Of a stretch of DNA of 64,000 bases, positions 54,077 to 62,779 are shown piece by piece. The stretch's first letter is position 1; each line of letters starts with the position of its first letter. Under the pieces are notes generated by a model, which made no database searches, had not been told where the DNA came from, and saw only the letters and a list, made by a program, of their open reading frames with translations. The stretch is from positions 15,772 to 79,771 of the forward strand of contig JAZSFC010000011.1 of assembly GCA_045531955.1 (NCBI GenBank), written 5' to 3'. The DNA is from Lachnospiraceae bacterium. Its GTDB lineage: Bacteria; Bacillota; Clostridia; Lachnospirales; Lachnospiraceae. Position numbers and translations under genes: made by a program.

Positions 54077-54757
54077 ATGTATGAATATTTGCAAAAACTT
54101 GCTGAAGGCAATACTGCTGAAATCTTTCAATTAGATAACAACAGAATATTGAAATTGTTCAAACCGTGCTATTCCAAAGATGCTATGCTACATGAATATC
54201 ACAATCATCAAGTGGTAAGCGGGCTGCTGGATAGTGTGCCAAAACTCTATGAAATAGTAGAGGAAAATGGGCGCTTTGGATATATCATGGAGCAGATAAA
54301 AGGTACAAATCTGGCGGAACTATTGCTGAATGAGCATACCTTTACAAAAGCTATGGAGCAGTTTGTTTTCCTTCACAAAGAGTGGAACAAAGAGGCTTCA
54401 TCAGAAGTCATTTCTTATAAAGACTGGATGAAAGCTATGATGGCTGATAAAGAAGGTAATGCTGAATTGTTAGAGAAAATCAACCAATTACCGGAGGGTA
54501 ACACTCTCTGCCACGGTGATTTTCACCCATATAATATTCTTGTGACAACAGAAAATAAGCCTATCGTAATTGATTTTGCCAATGTCTGCAAGGCACCAAA
54601 AGAATATGATATCGCAAGAACCTATTTCCTCATGGAAGAAGCGGGTGCAAAGCAGTTGGCGGAGGTTTATCTGGAAAAGATGAATATTAGTTTTGAGGAA
54701 ATTAAAGAATATTATGAGATAACAGCGCAACTTAGAAGCTTTGAATTGGAACCATAG
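54077..54757 (+). CDS. aminoglycoside/choline kinase-type phosphotransferase (APH-like)
   Basis: Brenner motif HGDFHPYNILV followed by IDFAN (DFG-equivalent). Confidence 0.8.
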   Translation: MYEYLQKLAEGNTAEIFQLDNNRILKLFKPCYSKDAMLHEYHNHQVVSGLLDSVPKLYEIVEENGRFGYIMEQIKGTNLAELLLNEHTFTKAMEQFVFLHKEWNKEASSEVISYKDWMKAMMADKEGNAELLEKINQLPEGNTLCHGDFHPYNILVTTENKPIVIDFANVCKAPKEYDIARTYFLMEEAGAKQLAEVYLEKMNISFEEIKEYYEITAQLRSFELEP

Positions 54758-54767
54758 GAGAAGAATT

Positions 54768-55304
54768 ATGTTATATTTAAGACCATATAAATCCTGCGAC
54801 GCAGAAATCATCGTTTCTTGGTGCAAGGACGAGGCAAGCTTTCGCCGCTGGACCTCTGACCGCTACGATAAATTTCCGATTACCGCAGAGGATATGAATG
54901 AAAAATATATCGACAACAATGGCGATTGTCCGGACCTTGATAATTTCTACCCAATGACTGCTTTTGATGAAAACGGCATTGTGGGAAGTATTATTTTACG
55001 TTACAACAATGCAGAAAGAACTATTGTCCGCCTCGGTTTTATCATCGTGGATGATACAAAACGTGGCAAGGGCTACGGAAAGAAAATGGTGCAGCTTGCT
55101 ACCAAATACGCTTTTGAATTTCTGGGAGCACAGAAGGTAACCCTGGGCGTGTTTGATAATAATCCGTCGGCGTACCATTGTTACAGGGCGGCTGGCTTTA
55201 GGGAAACAGGAGAAACTTTCAACATTCCATTGCTTGGAGAAACATGGATGGACATTGAATTGGAGATGAAGAAAAATGATTATGAAGCGCTTATTTACCA
55301 TTGA
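54768..55304 (+). CDS. GNAT family N-acetyltransferase
   Basis: KRGKGYGKKMV and AYHCYRAAGF motifs. Confidence 0.8.
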   Translation: MLYLRPYKSCDAEIIVSWCKDEASFRRWTSDRYDKFPITAEDMNEKYIDNNGDCPDLDNFYPMTAFDENGIVGSIILRYNNAERTIVRLGFIIVDDTKRGKGYGKKMVQLATKYAFEFLGAQKVTLGVFDNNPSAYHCYRAAGFRETGETFNIPLLGETWMDIELEMKKNDYEALIYH

Positions 55305-55800
55305 TTTACAAGATTACAACCCGGAATGGCCACATTCCACCCGCCCTTCTGTACGGGGAATTATTTTTCGGGATGGAAAGCTGGCTCTGATACATAACGG
55401 TAAGTTCGATTACTATATGTTTCCGGGTGGCGGAATTGAAGAGGGAGAAAGTCATAAGGAAGCCCTGATTCGTGAGGTAAAGGAAGAATCCGGACTGGTG
55501 GTAATTCCGGAAAGCATCAAAGAATATGGTTCTGCCCTGCGCTTAAGCAAAAGTAGCCATTTTGAGAATACCATATTTGAGCAGGAAAACTATTACTATC
55601 TGTGCGAGGTACAGGATAAAATGGATGCACCGGAATTTGACGTACATGAAATAGAAGAGCAGTATTCCTTAGTGTTTCTTACCCCGGAAGAGGCTGTCAG
55701 AAGGAACCGTACCAACGACCACGGCGAGGAAAACGGCGGCGTCTGGATTGAGCGGGAAACACGGATTATGGAACTGCTATTAGCGGAAAGTAAGAAATAG
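55276..55800 (+). CDS. NUDIX hydrolase
   Basis: Nudix box GGGIEEGESHKEALIREVKEESG. Confidence 0.88.
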   Translation: MIMKRLFTIDLQDYNPEWPHSTRPSVRGIIFRDGKLALIHNGKFDYYMFPGGGIEEGESHKEALIREVKEESGLVVIPESIKEYGSALRLSKSSHFENTIFEQENYYYLCEVQDKMDAPEFDVHEIEEQYSLVFLTPEEAVRRNRTNDHGEENGGVWIERETRIMELLLAESKK

Positions 55801-55828
55801 CACGGAGATATTTGGGAGGAGAATAACT

Positions 55829-56617
55829 ATGAGTAAACGCTTAGAAATAGTAAGTTCGTTTTATAATGAAATTGATGAAGATGCGCGCCTTGGCAGAAAC
55901 AGGCACGGTCAGATGGAATATATTACTACCATGCATTACATCAAAAAATATGCAAAGAAAGGTGACAAGATTTTAGAAATCGGTGCAGGAACCGGACGGT
56001 ATTCCATTGCGCTGGCAAAAGCAGGCTATGATGTAACTGCTGTGGAACTGGTGGAGAATAATCTGCAGGTATTAAAGAAAAACAGCGAAGGAATTGCAAA
56101 CATTCAGTCTTATCAAGGGGATGCGCTGGATTTAAGCAGATTTGCTGATAATTCCTTTGATGTGACGCTGTTGTTTGGTCCTTTATATCACCTGTACGAG
56201 AAGGAAGACGTACAGAAATCCATTGACGAGGCAATCCGAGTGACAAAGCCGGGCGGTGTGATTCTGGCAGCATTTCTTTCTGTCTATGCCATTTTGTTTG
56301 ATAACTATTTCCAAGGCAATTTGCTGGCAGGAATTGAGGAAAACTTTACAGAAGACTATAAAATCAGACACTTTGAGGAGCAGTTGTTTACCGGCTATGA
56401 TGTTGCGGAATTCGAAGAATTGTTTGCGGACAAGCCGGTACAGCATCTGAACACTGTTGCAGTAAACGGTATATTGGAACTGGCCGAAGGTCGCAGCGAT
56501 TTTGCCATGTCCGATGAGGAGATGGAGGCATTTGCAAAGCTCTGGCTGGCACTTTGCGAAAAGCGGGAGATGCTGGGATGTTCCGGGCATTTGGTGTACA
56601 TCTGTAGTAAGAAGTAA
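55829..56617 (+). CDS. class I SAM-dependent methyltransferase
   Basis: Motif I ILEIGAGTGRYSIALA, post-I VTAVELV. Confidence 0.85.
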   Translation: MSKRLEIVSSFYNEIDEDARLGRNRHGQMEYITTMHYIKKYAKKGDKILEIGAGTGRYSIALAKAGYDVTAVELVENNLQVLKKNSEGIANIQSYQGDALDLSRFADNSFDVTLLFGPLYHLYEKEDVQKSIDEAIRVTKPGGVILAAFLSVYAILFDNYFQGNLLAGIEENFTEDYKIRHFEEQLFTGYDVAEFEELFADKPVQHLNTVAVNGILELAEGRSDFAMSDEEMEAFAKLWLALCEKREMLGCSGHLVYICSKK

Positions 56618-56677
56618 ATGTATTTGAGAAAAATTACTGCTTAGCAAGTAAATTCATGGGAGAAATGGGAGAGAATT

Positions 56678-57514
56678 ATGAATAAGATTTTATGCTCCAC
56701 AGGAGCTTTTACCGGCCGTTCCAACGGCTATAATTACCGGTTGCTGGAACCATTATCCAAGACACTGACCTGCGATGGTTTCGAGCTGATGGTGGATGAT
56801 GAGTGGTATCCGGAAATTGAGGAAGTAAAACGTTACATCAAGAATCTGAATCTTTATATTCCGGTGGTACACTGTGCCAAGGATATCGGAGAACTGTTAA
56901 GCAAGGGTGGCGAAGAAGAACTGGCAGCAGCATATCAAATGTTTGAAACGGATTGCGGTGTGGCAACGTATGTGGGTGCTACGAAGCTAGTGCTTCACTT
57001 ATGGGGCGGACGTACCTCGGATTCCAACTTTCAAAGCAACATCCGGGCGTATCAGCACTTGAACAAAGTGGCAAAAAGCCACGGTCTTACCCTGATGGTG
57101 GAAAACATTGTTTGCAATGTAGAAAATCCGATGAAGCATCTGTGTGAACTTCGGGAGATTTATCCGGATATTAAGTATGTGTTTGATACCAAGATGGCGG
57201 CCTTTCATGAGCAAATGGACCTGTTGTATGAGGACGAATATGACTGGCTCTGGAAGGAAGACCACATCCTCCACTACCATGTGAATGATTATGGCGGCGG
57301 TTACATGGACTGGGCGAATCTTCGTACGCTTCCGATTAGCAAGGGTCACATGGATTTTGATAAGTTTTTTGCATTTATCAAGAAGACCGGATATCAGGGC
57401 GATTTTACCGTGGAAGCAACGGCCTTTGATAGCACGGGTGCAGTGGATGAGGACATGCTGAATGAGCAATTTATGAAGATTAGGCAGTTTATGATGGAGG
57501 ATGCAGAATGCTAA
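56678..57514 (+). CDS. xylose-isomerase-like TIM-barrel protein (sugar phosphate isomerase/epimerase family)
   Basis: 278 aa. LVLHLWGG, MVENI and YHVND resemble the metal-binding pattern of this fold. Moderate confidence. Confidence 0.55.
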   Translation: MNKILCSTGAFTGRSNGYNYRLLEPLSKTLTCDGFELMVDDEWYPEIEEVKRYIKNLNLYIPVVHCAKDIGELLSKGGEEELAAAYQMFETDCGVATYVGATKLVLHLWGGRTSDSNFQSNIRAYQHLNKVAKSHGLTLMVENIVCNVENPMKHLCELREIYPDIKYVFDTKMAAFHEQMDLLYEDEYDWLWKEDHILHYHVNDYGGGYMDWANLRTLPISKGHMDFDKFFAFIKKTGYQGDFTVEATAFDSTGAVDEDMLNEQFMKIRQFMMEDAEC

Positions 57515-58182
57515 AAGCGGTATTTGTAGACTTTTACGGTACAGTGGTATTCGAAGACGGAGAAGTGATAAAAAAAGTAGAACAAGAAATCTTTGATACC
57601 GGAAAAGTGGAGAATCAGTCAGAAATAGGCTCTTATTGGTGGAAGGAATTTCAAACAGCATTTCATAATGCACATGATGATAGCTTCGAAACGCAAAGGA
57701 AATTAGAGCACGGTTCCTTAGAAAAAACAATACAGCATTTCAGTTCCGCTGCCGATGCAGAAGCTTTAAGTAATTTGATGTTTGCATATTGGGTAAAGCC
57801 ACCTATTTTTGAGGAATCCAAGCAATTTTTTGAGCTTTGTCCGGTTCCTATTTATGTTGTATCCAACATTGACAGGGCAGATGTATTACAGGCAATAGAC
57901 TACCATGGTTTGAAGCCTGCGGGAGTATTTACGAGCGAGGATGCAAAGTCGTATAAGCCAAGAAAAGAATTATTTGAATATGCACTAAAGTGCACTGGCT
58001 TATCTGCAGATGAAGTAGTACATATCGGGGACTCTTTAAGCAGCGATATTAGTGGTGCAGATTCTGTCGGAATCAAAGCAATATGGGTAAACAGAAGCAA
58101 TAGAGAAGTTCCGGAGAATGTTGTTGCTGTCAACAATTTGTTGGAAGTATTTGATACAGAGTATTTTAAGGGTACGAAGTAA
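57508..58182 (+). CDS. HAD-superfamily hydrolase
   Basis: Motif I VFVDFYGTVV, motif II VVSNID, motif IV GDSLSSD. Confidence 0.8.
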   Translation: MLKAVFVDFYGTVVFEDGEVIKKVEQEIFDTGKVENQSEIGSYWWKEFQTAFHNAHDDSFETQRKLEHGSLEKTIQHFSSAADAEALSNLMFAYWVKPPIFEESKQFFELCPVPIYVVSNIDRADVLQAIDYHGLKPAGVFTSEDAKSYKPRKELFEYALKCTGLSADEVVHIGDSLSSDISGADSVGIKAIWVNRSNREVPENVVAVNNLLEVFDTEYFKGTK

Positions 58183-58205
58183 AATGGGATAAGGGGTATA
58201 AGTTC

Positions 58206-59024
58206 ATGACCGATTTCGAAAGAATAAAAGGATATTACAGTATATTTGACGAACAGAACAGATTAACACGTGATAATAGCGGGAAAATGGAATTTGACAT
58301 GACAATGTATATTTTGGATAAGTATTTACCAAAGCAAGGAACTGTTTTGGACCTTGGTGGTGGCGCCGGTGTGTATACATTCCCGCTTGCAAAGAAAGGG
58401 TATAGGGTTACTCTTGCTGACTTATCGGAACGGTTGATTAAACAGGCCAAGGAGAAAGTGCGTGCCGAATCAATAGAGAATGTGGCAGCTGATGTGGTAA
58501 ATGCAATTGATTTAAGCCAGTATCCGGACAATATGTTTGATATAGTGCTTGCCCTGGGACCATTTTATCATTTGACCGAGGAAAGTGAACGTCAAAAATG
58601 TGTATCTGAAATCAGAAGAGTTTTAAAAGCAGGTGGAGTTGTGATTGCAGGATTTATCCCGTATTTATCCGGAAGCATTGCTATTGTGGACCGGTATTTC
58701 TTTGCTCCGAGCCATGTGGATGCATCGAATCTTGCGCATGTGTTCAACACAGGCATATTTCATAATCTGGCTTTCAACGGTTTTCAGGAAGGATATTATG
58801 CGACCGCTGCAGAAATGAAAGCGTTGTTTGAAGAAAATCAGTTTGAAACAACCGGTGTCCGTTCTATCCGTGGGTTTGGGTATGAAAAAGAAGATATGAT
58901 TTATCAAGTCAAAGACGAGGCAGTCTTTGCGGAGATTATGAAAGCAATCGATAAAACTGCAGAAGATCCGGCTATTGTTGAAATGTGCGGACATGCGGTT
59001 TACATTGGAAGAAAAATAGTGTAA
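58206..59024 (+). CDS. class I SAM-dependent methyltransferase
   Basis: Motif I VLDLGGGAGVYTFPLA, post-I VTLADLS. Confidence 0.85.
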   Translation: MTDFERIKGYYSIFDEQNRLTRDNSGKMEFDMTMYILDKYLPKQGTVLDLGGGAGVYTFPLAKKGYRVTLADLSERLIKQAKEKVRAESIENVAADVVNAIDLSQYPDNMFDIVLALGPFYHLTEESERQKCVSEIRRVLKAGGVVIAGFIPYLSGSIAIVDRYFFAPSHVDASNLAHVFNTGIFHNLAFNGFQEGYYATAAEMKALFEENQFETTGVRSIRGFGYEKEDMIYQVKDEAVFAEIMKAIDKTAEDPAIVEMCGHAVYIGRKIV

Positions 59025-59064
59025 AAATAGTGAAAGAATAATGGAATTTTTGAGTGGAGGCAAC

Positions 59065-59451
59065 ATGAAAAATTATACCCAGGTTTATGTAAAAAACAGT
59101 TACGAGGCAGCGGAAGTTTACTGTAAAGCGTTCGGTGCTGAGATAACCCGCGAGTTTAAGAATGCAGAAGATACCGCATATGAACACTGTGAATTGTCCG
59201 TAAACGGAGAAGGATTTTTAGCCTTGGCAGAAGCGAAGAATCCTTGTGATATTGAAGTAGTACATAAGTATAAATGGGAAACCATGACCTTTAATGTATT
59301 TGAGATGGGAACGGAAGCTGCGGTTCATCAGGCGTTTCAGGTACTAAGCGAAGGAGGAGTGGTGCTTGAACCAATTGGTCAGCTGCCATGGAGCAGTTGT
59401 TGCGCTACATTGATTGATAAATTCGGTGTATGCTGGTGGATTTCAATTTAA
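59065..59451 (+). CDS. VOC/glyoxalase-fold protein (PhnB-like)
   Basis: C-terminal LIDKFGVCWWIS is typical of PhnB-like VOC proteins. 128 aa. Confidence 0.65.
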   Translation: MKNYTQVYVKNSYEAAEVYCKAFGAEITREFKNAEDTAYEHCELSVNGEGFLALAEAKNPCDIEVVHKYKWETMTFNVFEMGTEAAVHQAFQVLSEGGVVLEPIGQLPWSSCCATLIDKFGVCWWISI

Positions 59452-59507
59452 TATTTTGAAATCATGTTTCAAAAATCAATCTGTAGATGCGGTAGGAGGT
59501 AGAGAGA

Positions 59508-60428
59508 ATGTCAGAAATGCGAAAAGACATAGCAAAATTGATAGGAATAGACTTATCTGAAATGACACAGGCGCGTAATACCTCTGTGGAGTATACTGTC
59601 CTTTCCTCTACCCAAGAGGACGGTTACACATGCCTGTACATAAACTATGTGTCTGGTTCTGAAACAGTCCCAGCTTACCTTTTAATCCCGGATAAACAGG
59701 GAAATAATCCTGCAGTTTTGATTAATCATCAGCACAACAGGGAGCACCACCTTGGAAAGAGCGAAGTTTGTGGTCTGGCAGGTAACCCATTGCAGGCTTT
59801 TGGTCCGGCTCTGGCAAAGAAGGGCTTTGTGGTGCTGGCTCCGGATGCACTTTGCTTTGAGGAACGGCGGGAAGACCAGACTGTGGAAGGTTTTGATTTC
59901 TGGCAGCATTTTCATGAGGCAAGCTATCGTATTGTCAAAGGTGATTATCTTATGAAGCAGGTACTTATGGATGCTATCAATGGAATTTCTTTGCTGGCAG
60001 GATTACCATATGTAGATAAAAGACATATTGGCACCCTTGGGCATTCCATGGGCGGAAACACGGTGTTGTTTCTTGCGGCACTGGATGAGCGCGTTTCTTT
60101 TGCCTGTGCCAGTGGCAGCGCTTGTACCTATGAACATCGTATGGCAAATGGTGTAGGCATCGAAATGGCTAGTGTCATTCCGGGCTTTCATGGACCGTAT
60201 GATATTGACGATTTAGTTTCTTTAACGGCACCAAGAAAGTTATTGCTAGTGTCTGCAGAAGAGGATAAGTATTCCATGGATGCGCCTGTCATTGTGGAAA
60301 AGGCGGAAAAAGCATATGCAGAGCAGGAAGCAACGCAAAACCTGCATCATAAGCGGTATCCGGGGGGACATGCATTGACGCAGGAACGGTTTGATTTTAT
60401 TATGGAGTGGTTGGAAAAGAACGCATAG
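59508..60428 (+). CDS. alpha/beta hydrolase (dienelactone-hydrolase-like)
   Basis: Nucleophile elbow LGHSMGG, C-terminal GGHALT His context. Confidence 0.75.
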   Translation: MSEMRKDIAKLIGIDLSEMTQARNTSVEYTVLSSTQEDGYTCLYINYVSGSETVPAYLLIPDKQGNNPAVLINHQHNREHHLGKSEVCGLAGNPLQAFGPALAKKGFVVLAPDALCFEERREDQTVEGFDFWQHFHEASYRIVKGDYLMKQVLMDAINGISLLAGLPYVDKRHIGTLGHSMGGNTVLFLAALDERVSFACASGSACTYEHRMANGVGIEMASVIPGFHGPYDIDDLVSLTAPRKLLLVSAEEDKYSMDAPVIVEKAEKAYAEQEATQNLHHKRYPGGHALTQERFDFIMEWLEKNA

Positions 60429-60452
60429 GTAAAAAGAGAGGGGTTATAATCT

Positions 60453-61061
60453 ATGAAAAACATCATTACCATACAACACACCCAGTCCATTCATCACACC
60501 AACGGCATGGTGGGTTCCTGGACGGATTGGGATTTATCGGAGCTAGGCATTGAGCAGGCAAACAGAATCGGTGAAAAACTGGCGAAACAGTTGGAAGGCA
60601 AGCAGTATGTGATGTATGCTTCCGACTTACTTCGGGCAAAGCATACGGGTGAAATTGTGGCAGGGTACCTTGGTATTACGCCAATTATCCGCACGGAACT
60701 TAGAGAACGTAATCTTGGCAGATGTTGCGGCAAGTCCGTGCAGTGGCTTCGTGAAAATTTGGAAATGCAGGAGAAAACTATAGATGACCGCCTGTTTTCC
60801 GACGCAGAAAGCCGCAGGGATGAATGGAATCGTTTAAAACTGCTGTTTAACGAGATTATGGCAAGCGAGGATGAGAATATTATCATCGTTTCCCATGGGG
60901 ATTTGCTCAGCGTATTTAATGCCATGTTTTTGGGGCTCCCGGTAGAATCCCTGAATGAGTTTGAACTGTTTGGCATGGCAGGCGGTGTTTCCTTTATGTT
61001 TGAAAATAATGAGGGAAAACGGTTTGTGAAGCGGATGGGAGATTTGTCGTATATCAGCTAA
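60453..61061 (+). CDS. histidine phosphatase family protein with atypical QHT in place of RHG
   Basis: IITIQHTQS at the N-terminus and IIVSHGDLL as the second His motif. 202 aa. Confidence 0.65.
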   Translation: MKNIITIQHTQSIHHTNGMVGSWTDWDLSELGIEQANRIGEKLAKQLEGKQYVMYASDLLRAKHTGEIVAGYLGITPIIRTELRERNLGRCCGKSVQWLRENLEMQEKTIDDRLFSDAESRRDEWNRLKLLFNEIMASEDENIIIVSHGDLLSVFNAMFLGLPVESLNEFELFGMAGGVSFMFENNEGKRFVKRMGDLSYIS

Positions 61062-61078
61062 AAACTATGTGTCCTTTA

Positions 61079-61107
61079 TTGAATTAATTCATAAAATAGT
61101 GTATAAT
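61079..61107 (+). promoter_or_regulatory. consensus sigma-A promoter of the hyd maturation operon leader
   Basis: TTGAAT (61079-61084), 17-bp spacer, TATAAT (61102-61107). Confidence 0.7.
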
Positions 61108-61174
61108 ACTATCAGAACTCCTGACACAAAGACAATTATCTGATGGAACATCAGATGATTTATTCTGCGTGAAA

Positions 61175-61268
61175 GGTGACGACAAATAAGAAAAATATTA
61201 GTTACATACCATAAGTATGTCTTCTTCGTCGTACCTTTTTCGCAAGAAAATGGGTACGACGTTTTTTT
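61175..61268 (+). promoter_or_regulatory. terminator/antiterminator (attenuator) in the leader
   Basis: Terminator: CGTCGTACC (61227-61235) pairs with GGTACGACG (61253-61261), followed by T7 (61262-61268). Alternative pairing: GGTGACGAC...AAGAA (61175-61192) with TTCTTCGTCGTACC (61222-61235). Confidence 0.6.
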
Positions 61269-61297
61269 GTCAGGAAATCCCCAAAGAAGAGGAGACA

Positions 61298-61409
61298 GTG
61301 TGAAAAATCACATCGATATGCTGATTTTTCACACGGCTATTTGTGATGAGACATCACAAATTAGCCATGATGCGACAACAGAAATCGCCTACGCGACTTT
61401 CTGTTGCGC
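61298..61409 (+). other. three consecutive near-perfect hairpins in the distal leader
   Basis: A: GTGTGAAAAATCA (61298-61310) with TGATTTTTCACAC (61322-61334), 13 bp. B: ATTTGTGATG (61339-61348) with CATCACAAAT (61352-61361), 10 bp. C: GCGACAACAGAAA (61372-61384) with TTTCTGTTGCGC (61398-61409), 12 bp and one bulge. Confidence 0.7.
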
Positions 61410-61447
61410 GATTCCTCGAACAAAAGATGTTCTCGGAAAGGAGTAGT

Positions 61448-61711
61448 ATGGAAACACGGGTAGCAGTTATGAGTATCATTGTGGAGCAGGCAAATTCGGT
61501 GGAAACACTGAACAGCATTCTTCACGAGTACAGCATGTACATCATCGGGCGGATGGGCATTCCGTACCGCCAGAAAAACATCAGCATCATCAGCATTGCC
61601 ATTGATGCGCCGCAGGATAAGATTTCGACTTTGGCGGGAAGAATCGGCAAGTTGCCGGGCATCAGTGTGAAAACGGCATTTTCCAGTGTAATCAGCCATG
61701 AGGATGTATAA
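61448..61711 (+). CDS. TM1266-family (ACT-like) iron-only hydrogenase system regulator
   Basis: 87 aa, METRVAVMSIIVE... RBS GGAAAGGAG upstream of ATG 61448. Immediately upstream of hydE, as is usual for this family. The track N-terminal extension from 61343 is rejected. Confidence 0.7.
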   Translation: METRVAVMSIIVEQANSVETLNSILHEYSMYIIGRMGIPYRQKNISIISIAIDAPQDKISTLAGRIGKLPGISVKTAFSSVISHEDV

Positions 61712-61714
61712 GCT

Positions 61715-62764
61715 ATGAAAATGGAATTGGTAACACTAATCGATAAACTGGCAGCAGAGCATACACTGTCAAAAGAAGAATATATTACATTACTTACCGG
61801 TTGCGGTGCTGAAGAAGCCGCCTATTTGGCAGAAAAAGCCCGGGCAGAAAAGGAGAAGCACTACGGTAACAACGTATTTATCCGGGGACTGATTGAAATC
61901 AGCAACATTTGTAAAAATGATTGTTATTACTGTGGTATCAGACGGAGTAACCAAAACTGTGAGCGGTATCGTCTGACAGAGGAAGACATTTTGGAATGCT
62001 GTAAGGAAGGTTATGAGCTTGGGTTCCGTACCTTTGTACTGCAGGGTGGAGAGGACGGTTACTTCACGGATGAGCGTTTGGTGGCATTATTACATAATAT
62101 CAAGGCAAATCATCCGGATTGTGCGGTGACATTATCCCTCGGAGAACGCAGTAAATTGAGCTATAAGGCTCTGAAAGAGGCAGGGGCGGACCGATACCTG
62201 CTTCGACATGAAACAGCCAACGAGGGGCATTATACGAAACTACATCCGGCAGATCTTTCCTGGAAACATCGTATGGAATGCTTACAGTGGCTCCGTGAGT
62301 GCGGTTATCAGGTGGGCGCCGGCTTTATGGTGGGTTCGCCTTACCAGACCGTGGAAATGTTAGCGGAGGAACTAAAATTCATCGAAGAATTTAAGCCGGA
62401 AATGTGCGGCATCGGACCGTTTATCCCGCATAAGGATACCTGCTTTAAAGAGGAACCGGCGGGCTCTGTGGAGCAGACATTGCTGCTTCTTAGCATGATT
62501 CGTTTGATTCATCCAAAGGCGCTACTTCCTGCAACCACAGCCCTTGGCACCATGGCAGAGAACGGCAGGGAACGGGGCATTCTTGCCGGGGCAAACGTAG
62601 TGATGCCGAATTTGTCACCGGCATCGGTGCGGAAAAAGTATATGCTGTACGACAACAAGCTTTCCGACGGAGCAGAGTCGGCACAGGCAAAAAATGAATT
62701 AGAAAAACGTATGGAGTCCATCGGTTGCACCGTAGTGGTGGACCGGGGCGACGCAGCAAAATAG
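61715..62764 (+). CDS. hydE: [FeFe]-hydrogenase H-cluster radical SAM maturase HydE
   Basis: Radical SAM motif CKNDCYYCGIR. 349 aa. BioB-like C-terminal half. Followed by hydG. Confidence 0.88.
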   Translation: MKMELVTLIDKLAAEHTLSKEEYITLLTGCGAEEAAYLAEKARAEKEKHYGNNVFIRGLIEISNICKNDCYYCGIRRSNQNCERYRLTEEDILECCKEGYELGFRTFVLQGGEDGYFTDERLVALLHNIKANHPDCAVTLSLGERSKLSYKALKEAGADRYLLRHETANEGHYTKLHPADLSWKHRMECLQWLRECGYQVGAGFMVGSPYQTVEMLAEELKFIEEFKPEMCGIGPFIPHKDTCFKEEPAGSVEQTLLLLSMIRLIHPKALLPATTALGTMAENGRERGILAGANVVMPNLSPASVRKKYMLYDNKLSDGAESAQAKNELEKRMESIGCTVVVDRGDAAK

Positions 62765-62779
62765 AAAGGAGAAAAGAAC

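Noticed and set aside
53300-54130. 276-aa minus-strand ORF
   Set aside because: It is entirely antisense to two plus-strand genes that have clear motifs and translational coupling. Its translation is Leu/Phe/His-rich with no motif. It is a shadow ORF. The same reasoning applies to 56999-57730 (243 aa), 34390-35016 (208 aa), 28484-29083 (199 aa), 32670-33176 and 62509-63000.
33533-61061. Chromosomal super-integron explanation for the long array of small unrelated genes
   Set aside because: Most genes overlap or are separated by under 60 nt, leaving no room for attC recombination sites. No IntI-type integrase or attI is present at either end. Integrons are not typical of Clostridia.
61114-61268. 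Assignment of the hyd leader to a known riboswitch or T-box class
   Set aside because: I could not find the conserved cores of T-box (AGAGA/GNUGGNA, T-box sequence), SAM-I, TPP, cobalamin, purine, glycine or cyclic-dinucleotide elements by eye. It stays an unclassified attenuator pending an Rfam scan.
61343-61447. N-terminal extension of the TM1266-like gene (track start 61343) and possible leader peptides in the hyd leader (for example 61319-61447, 42 codons)
   Set aside because: No RBS precedes these starts. The sequence is made of perfect hairpins, so the reading frame is a by-product of palindromes. A good RBS (GGAAAGGAG) precedes ATG 61448.
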